The notes beneath the pieces are model-generated. The model was not told the DNA's origin and ran no database searches. It saw only the letters and a program-made list of their open reading frames with translations. A stretch of DNA of 64,000 nucleotides from an uncultured bacterium (lineage in GTDB: Bacteria; Fidelibacterota; Fidelibacteria; Fidelibacterales; Fidelibacteraceae), in NCBI GenBank assembly GCA_964535585.1, contig CAZHTR010000002.1, positions 77,169 to 141,168 of the forward strand, given 5' to 3'. Of the stretch, positions 19,208 to 26,520 are shown in pieces; within the stretch, counting starts at the first letter, position 1, and each line of letters begins with the position of its first letter. A program made the translations under genes and the position numbers.

Positions 19208-19282
19208 GCGATGGGAAGATGGGCACTGAGAAGATGAGCACTGGGAGGGGGAGCACTGAGAGGGGGAGCACTGAGACGCGGA
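19208..19282. repeat. Five 15-bp tandem units containing GCACTGAG, same family as 15765..15824 in inverted orientation
   Basis: GCACTG(A/G)G starts at 19223, 19238, 19253 and 19268, an exact 15-bp period, with a degenerate unit at 19208. The array begins 8 nt after the carboxypeptidase stop. Confidence 0.85.
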
Positions 19283-19297
19283 GAGATCAGGATAAAG

Positions 19298-19327
19298 GTC
19301 CCGAAAAATCCCGGGACAATTTTTATT
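19298..19327 (+). terminator. Weak terminator-like hairpin
   Basis: GTCCCG (19298-19303) pairs with CGGGAC (19312-19317), then AATTTTTATT. The hairpin sequence is nearly identical to the inner hairpin at 13336-13353. Confidence 0.4.
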
Positions 19328-19359
19328 ACCTCGATGTGCTTTGCGGGTAGGTGGTAATG

Positions 19360-19398
19360 GATGATGGAGAGAAAAAGAAGAGGGAGATCTATAAAATT
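19360..19398 (+). pseudogene. Relic copy 1 of the last 13 codons of the M32 carboxypeptidase gene
   Basis: It translates as DDGEKKKREIYKI, against the authentic C-terminus DYLEKKYGDIYRL at 19159..19197. Confidence 0.4.
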
Positions 19399-19411
19399 AT
19401 GGCATTAAGTA

Positions 19412-20731
19412 TTATTCCATTACATCCACAATTTCATTATTCTTATATAATTTTGGCAGAAATTTAGACTTAATTCTAAACTGGCTTCTCCTCTTAATCG
19501 ATGGATTTGTTGAAATATTTTCAAGTTTAATACCAGGGTCATAATAGATGTTTCCTTGTCCCATTTGAGAAAGAAAGAATTGAAAGTCAGTCCCAACTCC
19601 AAGTATTACCCGATTACCATATTTATACTTCCTGTTTCCGGCTGTTATTGATTGAGAGGGGACATAGCAGGCATTATTGTGTTTTCTGTTCCAGTGTAAC
19701 AGCATGGAAGAAAAGCTCCAGGAAGCTGTTTCGTTTTCATTCTGATCTATTAAAGCAATTTTTCCATTCGAATTTCTTATTTTTCCGGTTTCAATATCGA
19801 AACCAATAATTCTCATTTCCAATTGAGTTGTAGGATGAATTTCTCCTACTTTATGTATGCCACCAAAATTTAATCTGTCCGGACGCCCCATTTTATCAGG
19901 ATACCCATAAGTTCTAATAAAATAATCTGCACCCCGGGTTTTGTAAATTCCATCAGTTGGTTCGGGTGTCATCAATGTAATCACAGAAGAATTCAATCTT
20001 TCAAAATTTGTAACGCCAAATTGTTTAATTTCCCATCCCATAAAATCGGGTTCAGAATAACCATTGGGTGTTACTCCTAATTCAGCCTCTAAGGTATAAC
20101 CTCCGCAATTCGAAGACCTGCAAGGTAAAATATTTCCTTCAGAATCAAGTCTTTTTGAATCAATCCAATTCAGTTGATGAATTCGCGATAATTCATTTAA
20201 TAAAATTACTCTGCTGTTTTCAGATTTAGGTAAGTCAATAATCGAAAAAACCCCATGTTCTCCCAAATTTCTTTCTGCATTAAATTCATTAGCAATTATA
20301 GATTCCGGGTGTGAAACATATCCTAAAATTCGGCCTTGCCTGTCAACCGATAAAAAAAGAACTCTGTCAGCCAATCTTTGAGTCATTAACTCTGATGGCC
20401 CCCCCCTTGTCCCTTTTAAAAAACCTGAGAATCTTACTTCCGGGTATTTGGGATATAAAATTAACTGTGAATGAGGGGCAACTATGAGATTCCCATCATT
20501 ATCAATCCAAGAGAAGTTTACTTTTGCTTTAAATCTTTCTCTTTCCCAATCCCCTGCTTCTTCAGTCTCAATACCGGAAATCGGCAGAACATTTAAAATA
20601 TCAAAGCTTCCGGCTAAATATACCTGATTCTTTGAATTATCATTGGGTGAGAGTTTCTTTACATAGACTGATTTACAACCATTTTCAATCAGTAATTTTT
20701 TAAGATTAGTTAGATTCATTGAAGTCTTCAA
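19412..20731 (-). CDS. Type II restriction endonuclease: MvaI/BcnI-like catalytic domain with an N-terminal EcoRII-N-like extension
   Basis: The C-terminal half has PD-x4-E-x-K ([12 protein letters not shown]), then [13 protein letters not shown] and RKYKYGN blocks in the order I remember for R.MvaI. The N-terminus has [11 protein letters not shown]. Its start overlaps the dcm stop. Confidence 0.65.
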   Translation of the reverse strand: MKTSMNLTNLKKLLIENGCKSVYVKKLSPNDNSKNQVYLAGSFDILNVLPISGIETEEAGDWERERFKAKVNFSWIDNDGNLIVAPHSQLILYPKYPEVRFSGFLKGTRGGPSELMTQRLADRVLFLSVDRQGRILGYVSHPESIIANEFNAERNLGEHGVFSIIDLPKSENSRVILLNELSRIHQLNWIDSKRLDSEGNILPCRSSNCGGYTLEAELGVTPNGYSEPDFMGWEIKQFGVTNFERLNSSVITLMTPEPTDGIYKTRGADYFIRTYGYPDKMGRPDRLNFGGIHKVGEIHPTTQLEMRIIGFDIETGKIRNSNGKIALIDQNENETASWSFSSMLLHWNRKHNNACYVPSQSITAGNRKYKYGNRVILGVGTDFQFFLSQMGQGNIYYDPGIKLENISTNPSIKRRSQFRIKSKFLPKLYKNNEIVDVME

Positions 20732-21890
20732 AAACTTTTATTACTTGTTTTGCGACAGCATGTATTAACGGTGAAACAACTGAATTTCCAAATTGACGAT
20801 ATGCCTGATTATCTGAAACAGGAATAATAAATTCATCAGGGAAACCCTGGAGTCTTGCACATTCCCTTGGAGTTAAACGCCTTGGATTGATCCCATTTTG
20901 AGGAATTAGTATTTCAGAACCATCCTTGTAATATCTTGCACTAATTGTTCGACTTATTCCATTTAAATCAGTTAAACCGAAACCAAACCCGTTTCCTTTT
21001 GCTTTATGTTTGGCAGCATAGTCTTGTAAATATTTCCAGAGTTTGTCTGAAAGCGTATATTTTGGATCAGGTTTTTCTTCCAAAATGTCATTTAATACCA
21101 TCTTTTGTTCGGGGAGTTTTGGGAAAACGAAAGATTCCTTTCCGTGAAATAGTTTTTTATCAAATCCAACAATAATAATGCGTTCCCTGTGCTGAGGTAC
21201 AAAATGTTTACCATCTAAAATGCGGTAATGAACCGAATAACCCAATTCATCCAATGTGTTATAAATAATTTTAAAAGTTCTGCCTTTGTCATGTGCAACC
21301 AGGTTCTTAACATTTTCGAGCATGAAAGCTTTGGGCCGTTTTTCTTTTACAATTCTGGCAATATCAAAAAACAGAGTGCCCTGAGTCTCATCTAAAAACC
21401 CATGTTTTTTACCTAAACTAATTTTTTTTGAAACCCCTGCAATTGAAAATGGCTGGCACGGGAACCCGGCTAATAAAATATCGTGACTTGGAATACTTTT
21501 CTCGTTAATTACAGTAATATCTCCAAATGGCACTTCCCCAAAATTTGCTTCATAGGTTACTTTGGCGAACTTGTCATATTCTGAAGAAAAAACACATTTA
21601 CCCCCGGCTTTTTGGTAGGCTAGTCTTATTCCGCCAATTCCCGCAAAAAGATCAATAAACGTGAATTTTGGATTCTTCGGAGTCGGGAAGGGAATATCCC
21701 ATTTAAAATCTAATTTCTCCTGTTGACCCATATTGTATTTGGCTAAATATGCAATCGCCGGTTCTTCAAAATATTGAGAAGCGCCGGTTCCTAAATTATG
21801 AAAATAGTGAGTCACAAAGGCTTGTTCATTTCCAGCATCTTTTAATGGCTCAATATTAATTATTTCCTTTAATTCAGAATATTTTAACAT
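20706..21890 (-). CDS. dcm: DNA cytosine-5 methyltransferase, Dcm/M.EcoRII-like
   Basis: [43 protein letters not shown] is very close to the E. coli Dcm motif I region. It also has [20 protein letters not shown] and QFGNSV. Confidence 0.9.
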   Translation of the reverse strand: MLKYSELKEIINIEPLKDAGNEQAFVTHYFHNLGTGASQYFEEPAIAYLAKYNMGQQEKLDFKWDIPFPTPKNPKFTFIDLFAGIGGIRLAYQKAGGKCVFSSEYDKFAKVTYEANFGEVPFGDITVINEKSIPSHDILLAGFPCQPFSIAGVSKKISLGKKHGFLDETQGTLFFDIARIVKEKRPKAFMLENVKNLVAHDKGRTFKIIYNTLDELGYSVHYRILDGKHFVPQHRERIIIVGFDKKLFHGKESFVFPKLPEQKMVLNDILEEKPDPKYTLSDKLWKYLQDYAAKHKAKGNGFGFGLTDLNGISRTISARYYKDGSEILIPQNGINPRRLTPRECARLQGFPDEFIIPVSDNQAYRQFGNSVVSPLIHAVAKQVIKVFEDFNESN

Positions 21891-22306
21891 AATTTCCTAT
21901 CTTTAATCACTTGTTCTACTTTATAAACACAAAGATCAGGATTATATTTAATTTCTTCGCCCCAAAATCGTATTACCTGCCAACCATTTTTCATCAAAGT
22001 TTCGTTTACGATCTTATCCCGTTCAATATTCCCCTCAATCTTTTTAATCCAGAACTCATTATTTGTCTTTATTCGGTGTTTTTTAATTTCCCAATCTTTT
22101 CCGTGAAAATACTCGCTATCACAGAAAATAGCAATTTTATATTTTTTAAAAGTGAAATCCGGCTTACCAAAAACATTCTTATTGTTTTTTCTGTATCTTA
22201 ATCCGTTCGACCATAAGGCTTTTCCAAGCAATTTTTCAATTTTAGTACCCTTGCTTTTTATGGCTCTCATATTTTTTCGTCTCTGTTCTTTTGTCAACAC
22301 ATCCAT
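21884..22306 (-). CDS. vsr: Very-short-patch repair endonuclease
   Basis: The 140-aa protein has [19 protein letters not shown]...[23 protein letters not shown]. It overlaps the dcm start by 7 nt. Confidence 0.9.
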   Translation of the reverse strand: MDVLTKEQRRKNMRAIKSKGTKIEKLLGKALWSNGLRYRKNNKNVFGKPDFTFKKYKIAIFCDSEYFHGKDWEIKKHRIKTNNEFWIKKIEGNIERDKIVNETLMKNGWQVIRFWGEEIKYNPDLCVYKVEQVIKDRKLC

Positions 22307-22579
22307 GACACAAAGTTACTCTATTTTTTATAGATCGGCAATAAATAGGCTTGTTTTTATAAACCCAGGGAGCATCTTAATTTTGGATACTTTTAAGGAA
22401 ACATTTTGATAGGAATATTTTTTTTATGGACCGGATTGCCATGGAAACAAAGATTGGGGATCGGACCATTAATATACATACCATCCTCTTGAAGTTTTGT
22501 CCCAATAGAATGATTTTCAATATGTTTTTTCCGGAAGAATCTGCGATCTTTCGGTTTTTGGGTCGGGGATTGGGTTAGG

Positions 22580-22618
22580 GATGATTGGGAGAAAAAGTAT
22601 GGGGAGATTTATAAATTG
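22580..22618 (+). pseudogene. Relic copy 2 of the last 13 codons of the M32 carboxypeptidase gene
   Basis: It translates as DDWEKKYGEIYKL, matching 9 of 13 residues of DYLEKKYGDIYRL. A stop codon lies 23 codons upstream in the same frame, so this is only a fragment. Confidence 0.5.
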
Positions 22619-22660
22619 CAAGAATCAAAAAATACTTTTTTTTTGACTGCCGGGCTTCGT

Positions 22661-24304
22661 TCATTCCAATAGTTTTTTTATTCGCGCTTTTATATTTTCG
22701 TATGTTGTATTTAGGCTTTGTTTGGCAATAGAGGTAAGCAATGCGGTATGTGCCATTGCATCTCGGATAGGTTTGTATGTCTTCGCATCTCGTATAATTG
22801 CTGCTTCCCTGTTTCTATCACTCGGTCTGTCTGCCGTAATAGCTAATTCATTCATAGAAAGATACAGCAAGTCCTCGTTGTTTTGTCTGATTTCAAAACT
22901 CACATTACCAATATTTCTTGCTTCGTTTTCTCTTCTTTTATAATCAGCCAACTCATTAGTAAAATGTGAGTAGTCCTTATTCTTATGCTTAATAAATTTT
23001 CGTAGTAAATTCTCTGAAACAAAGCACTCTGCGTAAGAGGATAAATTAAATTGAGCATCTTCGCCCAATGACAAAACCCAATCATCAACTAAACTTCGGT
23101 TTGCTGAACCACTTGGAGGGACAAATTCATCGGCAACTGCATTAAATAGTTCCTTTGACCTTCTTTCCTTCCTCGTTTTCCTTGTATTATCAGGGTCTCC
23201 ATCTTGATTAATCAAATCTCTCCAAATGTCCCAATCAGCCATGATGGAAGCAACTATAGACTTCAATTCATCTAAAAACAATTTGAATAATGGGTCGTCT
23301 GATAAAACTCCTTCTCGACTACTTGTGAATCTATCTTTGCCAGAATCAAGAGCATTGTAATGAATTTGTCCGTAGAGATAGCTTTCAACAACTCTAGTTG
23401 AAGGAACGTGTCTCAACAAATCCTTTTCTCGTAATCTGCCATTAACATATAGGTCAACAGAAACAGTTTCGGTTGTCTGTTTAATTTTTAACTGTGAAGG
23501 TTTTTCAACCGAGCCAATGAATCCAGTTATTGGCAACGATGATTCGATTTTTTTATACTGCTTGATATGTTCACTTGTTGAAGAAATTTTATCTTTGAGA
23601 TAAGGGTCCTCCATAGAATTTATCTGCCAAACAAACTGTGTACTTAATGAAAGGTCATTGAGTTCATTCAATGTAATTGGGTCATCATTTAAATAAATTT
23701 TAAAAGAGTTGTCAATCAGAGAAAATCTAAAAAAAAGTGCTATTAATTTTCGGATATATTCAATTCGATTTCGAATTCCATCATTAATATCTTCAAAGTA
23801 GATTATCGTTCCCTTCTGCATACCCTCCTTTTTTGAATCAAAGACAGACAGGTCAATGTTTTCAAGAGGATATTGTTGAGGTGTTAAATCGTCATTTATT
23901 GCATTATCAAGATTTCTGTTGTCAATGATGCCCCCAACAAAACCTGTATTTAGCGTTTTTGTAGCAATATGAATTCGCTTTGCACACGATAAAAGTGCAA
24001 GTTTTCCAATCCCCTTCCGTCCAATGAACGGACGATTATTCTCGGTCTTTTCAACTCCATCTTTACGCTTTGTATAGCCAATTTTCAGAAACTTATTTTG
24101 AAAATCATCTGTTGTCATCCCATCACCATCATCTTTAATAATGAGATAATTTTTATCTCTGTCAATATAAATACGAACCTCTTTAGCATCAGCATCCCAA
24201 GAGTTTGATATGGCTTCTCCAAGTACCGTGATGAAGTTTCTATAAAGATTTCTCCCCAGATGATTAAGGACACTCAAAGAAATATTAAATGTAAATTTAT
24301 CCAT
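22661..24304 (-). CDS. GHKL (MORC/Hsp90-like) ATPase with a C-terminal HEPN-like domain
   Basis: Bergerat-fold motifs EAISNSWDA (N box), IIKDDGDGM (G1) and GRKGIGKLALL (G2). The C-terminal tail has RDAMAH (Rx4H) encoded at 22748..22765. Confidence 0.75.
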   Translation of the reverse strand: MDKFTFNISLSVLNHLGRNLYRNFITVLGEAISNSWDADAKEVRIYIDRDKNYLIIKDDGDGMTTDDFQNKFLKIGYTKRKDGVEKTENNRPFIGRKGIGKLALLSCAKRIHIATKTLNTGFVGGIIDNRNLDNAINDDLTPQQYPLENIDLSVFDSKKEGMQKGTIIYFEDINDGIRNRIEYIRKLIALFFRFSLIDNSFKIYLNDDPITLNELNDLSLSTQFVWQINSMEDPYLKDKISSTSEHIKQYKKIESSLPITGFIGSVEKPSQLKIKQTTETVSVDLYVNGRLREKDLLRHVPSTRVVESYLYGQIHYNALDSGKDRFTSSREGVLSDDPLFKLFLDELKSIVASIMADWDIWRDLINQDGDPDNTRKTRKERRSKELFNAVADEFVPPSGSANRSLVDDWVLSLGEDAQFNLSSYAECFVSENLLRKFIKHKNKDYSHFTNELADYKRRENEARNIGNVSFEIRQNNEDLLYLSMNELAITADRPSDRNREAAIIRDAKTYKPIRDAMAHTALLTSIAKQSLNTTYENIKARIKKLLE

Positions 24305-25394
24305 TATTTTTTCCTTTTAAATGTTTTATTATGCTTTTCCCAATTGCTAAACCGAGATTTACAGGGACAGCATTACCTATATGGGTGCCAGTTTGCGTGA
24401 GCAAAACATCATTATTCTTATCAACAAACTTATACTTCGCTGGGAAACTCTGAAGAATCGAAGCTTCTCTGATCGTTAATGCCCTGTCTTGTTCCGGATG
24501 GCCAAAACGCCCAGTTCCATAGTTATAAAATTGTGTTGTTATGGTTGGTGCTGGTTCATCCCAAGACATTCTTCCATAAACCGCTTTGTAGGTTTTTCCT
24601 GTTTCTTTTTTATGACAATCTAACCAAAGGCTTTTATCCCAATCTTCCCAAGTTCCATTAGGAAGTGATGATTTTATTCTTTTAAGATTAATAGCTGTTA
24701 GTTTAGTTGTAAAATGAAGAACATCAGACTTACTTCTCTCTCCGTTCCCTAAGGGTTCTAAATGACCAATTGCTTCACGAACAGTTTTATAGTTGTTCTT
24801 TTTATGCGTAGGCGGTATGAGATCAATTATTCCAAATCTTGACGCTAGCAGCACAAGTCTTCTTCTTTTTTGGGGGATGCCATAATCAGGGCAATATACG
24901 TTTTTGTAATTGACCCGATATCCATTATTTTCTAGTTGAAATACAAAGTCTTTAAAAATTTGCTTGTTTGATAAATTGGGTACATTTTCCATCGAAATAA
25001 TATCTGGAGTTGTTTCTTTTATTAATCTACTGAATTCATTTAACAAATTCCATTTATCGCCTTGCTTACTTCCTTTAAGTTTGTTCGCGTGAGATGAAAA
25101 GGGTTGGCAAGGAGCACAGCCAACCAAGAGTTTTACCTCATCATCTTTCCAATATTCTATAATTTGTTGACCTGTTACTTCGGTAATGTTGGCACAAATA
25201 AATTTTGCATTATTATTTGTCTCATAAGCATATTTACAACTTGTATCTAAGTCTATCCCCGCCCTAATGGTAATGCCTGATTTTTTTAATCCGTGAGTTA
25301 ATCCGCCCACACCACAAAACAAGTCAACTCCTGAAACAGTTGGAATTGTTATTTTTTTATTCTGTTGTTTTTGTGTAGTTGGTTTTATTTTCAT
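24297..25394 (-). CDS. DNA cytosine-5 methyltransferase (second, unrelated specificity)
   Basis: Motifs VDLFCGVGG, GCAPCQPFS, ENVPNL, QKRRRL and GNAVP. Its 3' end overlaps the GHKL gene start by 8 nt. Confidence 0.9.
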   Translation of the reverse strand: MKIKPTTQKQQNKKITIPTVSGVDLFCGVGGLTHGLKKSGITIRAGIDLDTSCKYAYETNNNAKFICANITEVTGQQIIEYWKDDEVKLLVGCAPCQPFSSHANKLKGSKQGDKWNLLNEFSRLIKETTPDIISMENVPNLSNKQIFKDFVFQLENNGYRVNYKNVYCPDYGIPQKRRRLVLLASRFGIIDLIPPTHKKNNYKTVREAIGHLEPLGNGERSKSDVLHFTTKLTAINLKRIKSSLPNGTWEDWDKSLWLDCHKKETGKTYKAVYGRMSWDEPAPTITTQFYNYGTGRFGHPEQDRALTIREASILQSFPAKYKFVDKNNDVLLTQTGTHIGNAVPVNLGLAIGKSIIKHLKGKNNG

Positions 25395-25767
25395 ATTCTT
25401 TTTCTAAAAATATACTAATGTGTCTGGTTTCTCAGCCTTGCGGTCAACGTATGTGTATGCGCCATATTTCGTTTATTCTTCCAATTTGGGGTGATATGCG
25501 CCACAGGAACCCTTATTTATTTCAGATGTCGAATACTAACAATCTATGTTTATATTTGCAATCTTAATTTTGAAAAATATTAAGAGGGGTCGAGTCGTCG
25601 ATCCCCTACGCTCCACGAAGCCTTGGCGTAGTGGAGCTTCGGGGATTAAAATAGATTAAAAGTTGATAAGCCTGCGCTGCGCCAAGCTGCTGCTTCGTCA
25701 AACAGAGGGGATCCCTCCGCTACGGTCGGGATGACAAATTGGAGAAATCGTTCGCGGGAAACGAGGC

Positions 25768-25830
25768 CTACCGTCTACGAATGAAATTCCTCCGACCAAA
25801 CGTCCCATCCTCCCATGTTCTTAACTTCCC
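25768..25830. repeat. 63-nt repeat, copy 1
   Basis: The sequence is ctaccgtctacgaatgaaattcctccgaccaaacgtcccatcctcccatgttcttaacttccc. It matches 26440..26502 at 55 of 63 positions, in the same orientation. Confidence 0.85.
25775..25816 (-). CDS. Candidate 13-codon micro-ORF (MGGWDVWSEEFHS) inside repeat copy 1
   Basis: ATG...TAG starts 4 nt after the stop of the upstream membrane-protein gene, with GGGAAG 8 nt upstream. Its paralog at 26447..26488 differs mainly by synonymous or conservative changes. Confidence 0.3.
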   Translation of the reverse strand: MGGWDVWSEEFHS

Positions 25831-26111
25831 GAAAACGGCGTGCCGAAGATGCCGACGGCAAGTTCCACCCAAACGAGGAAGAGGATCAGGAGCGCAAGGG
25901 CGATCCACAGGATCCGGTATGTGGTTTTTTCAACCTTTACCAGGATCAGGGTGATGCCCGCGCCGGTCACGAAGAGCAGGATGCCCGCGACCAAAAAATC
26001 AAAACCGCTCCACATCATTTCTCCGCTGGCAAACATCATCAACAGCGGAATGAGCAGCAGTGCGGGCGCGGCCAGGGGAAAGAACATCCATTTTTTTGTT
26101 TTGGTTTTCAT
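25821..26111 (-). CDS. Small membrane protein (about 3 TM), unknown function
   Basis: The 96-aa protein has hydrophobic segments FFPLAAPALLLIPLLMMFA, FLVAGILLFVTGAGITLILV and ILWIALALLILFLVWVELAV. Confidence 0.5.
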   Translation of the reverse strand: MKTKTKKWMFFPLAAPALLLIPLLMMFASGEMMWSGFDFLVAGILLFVTGAGITLILVKVEKTTYRILWIALALLILFLVWVELAVGIFGTPFSGS

Positions 26112-26279
26112 GGTATTTCGCTTTCGTGCGGATCGGAGCTCCTTTACTGTTATTAAACCCCTGTCGGGGTTTCAAGAACAAAAGATATTTCTCTGTTCAA
26201 CCTTCTTACCCTCTTACCTTCTTCTTCTTTCCTTCGCATATTGTATATTGCCTGCCCTGCGAAGCCTTGGCGTAGAAGG

Positions 26280-26384
26280 GTTAATCCTTGTTCGGATATC
26301 GTAATCCCCCATGCATGAACAGACGTGCCATGGCACGTCTCTACTTCGAAAATCATATATCGTTAATCCTTGTTCGGATATCGT
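26280..26384. repeat. Perfect 23-nt direct repeat flanking a perfect 20-bp palindrome
   Basis: gttaatccttgttcggatatcgt occurs at 26280-26302 and 26362-26384. AGACGTGCCATGGCACGTCT lies at 26321-26340. Confidence 0.9.
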
Positions 26385-26439
26385 TCCGTCCCCTGTTCAG
26401 GCGAATCGCCATTCGCCCCTACAGTCTACCGTCTTCTGG

Positions 26440-26502
26440 CTACCGTCTACGAATTAAATTCGTCTGACCAAACTTCCCATCCTCCCATCGTCCTAACCTC
26501 CC
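26440..26502. repeat. 63-nt repeat, copy 2
   Basis: The sequence is ctaccgtctacgaattaaattcgtctgaccaaacttcccatcctcccatcgtcctaacctccc. See copy 1. Confidence 0.85.
26447..26488 (-). CDS. Candidate 13-codon micro-ORF (MGGWEVWSDEFNS) inside repeat copy 2
   Basis: GGGAGG lies 8 nt upstream of the ATG, and the ORF ends in TAG at the same repeat position as copy 1. Confidence 0.3.
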   Translation of the reverse strand: MGGWEVWSDEFNS

Positions 26503-26520
26503 TCTTCTCATTGTCCATTG

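Larger units (their letters stand above)
19330..25570. other. AT-rich, horizontally acquired defence island (two methylation-linked modules); no integrase or transposase seen
   Basis: Base composition drops abruptly, to about one third G+C by eye against about one half in the flanks. All five genes are on the minus strand and all are restriction-modification related. Confidence 0.7.

Noticed and set aside
19198-19350. In-frame read-through of the carboxypeptidase TAG into the repeat array (would add about 55 aa: RVSDGKMGTEKMSTGRGSTERGSTE...).
   Set aside because: The extension is pure repeat-derived low complexity. The authentic C-terminus ...KKYGDIYRL matches the usual end of M32 enzymes. 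I found no recoding signal.
22560-22580. G-quadruplex-type motif GGG-TC-GGGG-ATT-GGG-TTA-GGG next to relic copy 2.
   Set aside because: The pattern is real but it is a single short occurrence in a purine/G-rich relic region. Nothing indicates a function, so I noted it only.
19330-25570. Looked for an integrase, transposase, tRNA gene or long terminal direct repeats that would make the island a self-mobile element.
   Set aside because: None found. Only a trivial shared AAGAGGG heptamer occurs near both borders, so I did not call it a mobile element.
25768-26502. Could the 63-nt repeats be integron attC sites flanking a gene cassette?
   Set aside because: I found no internal imperfect inverted repeat (R''/L''-L'/R'), no proper RYYYAAC/GTTRRRY cores, and no intI gene.
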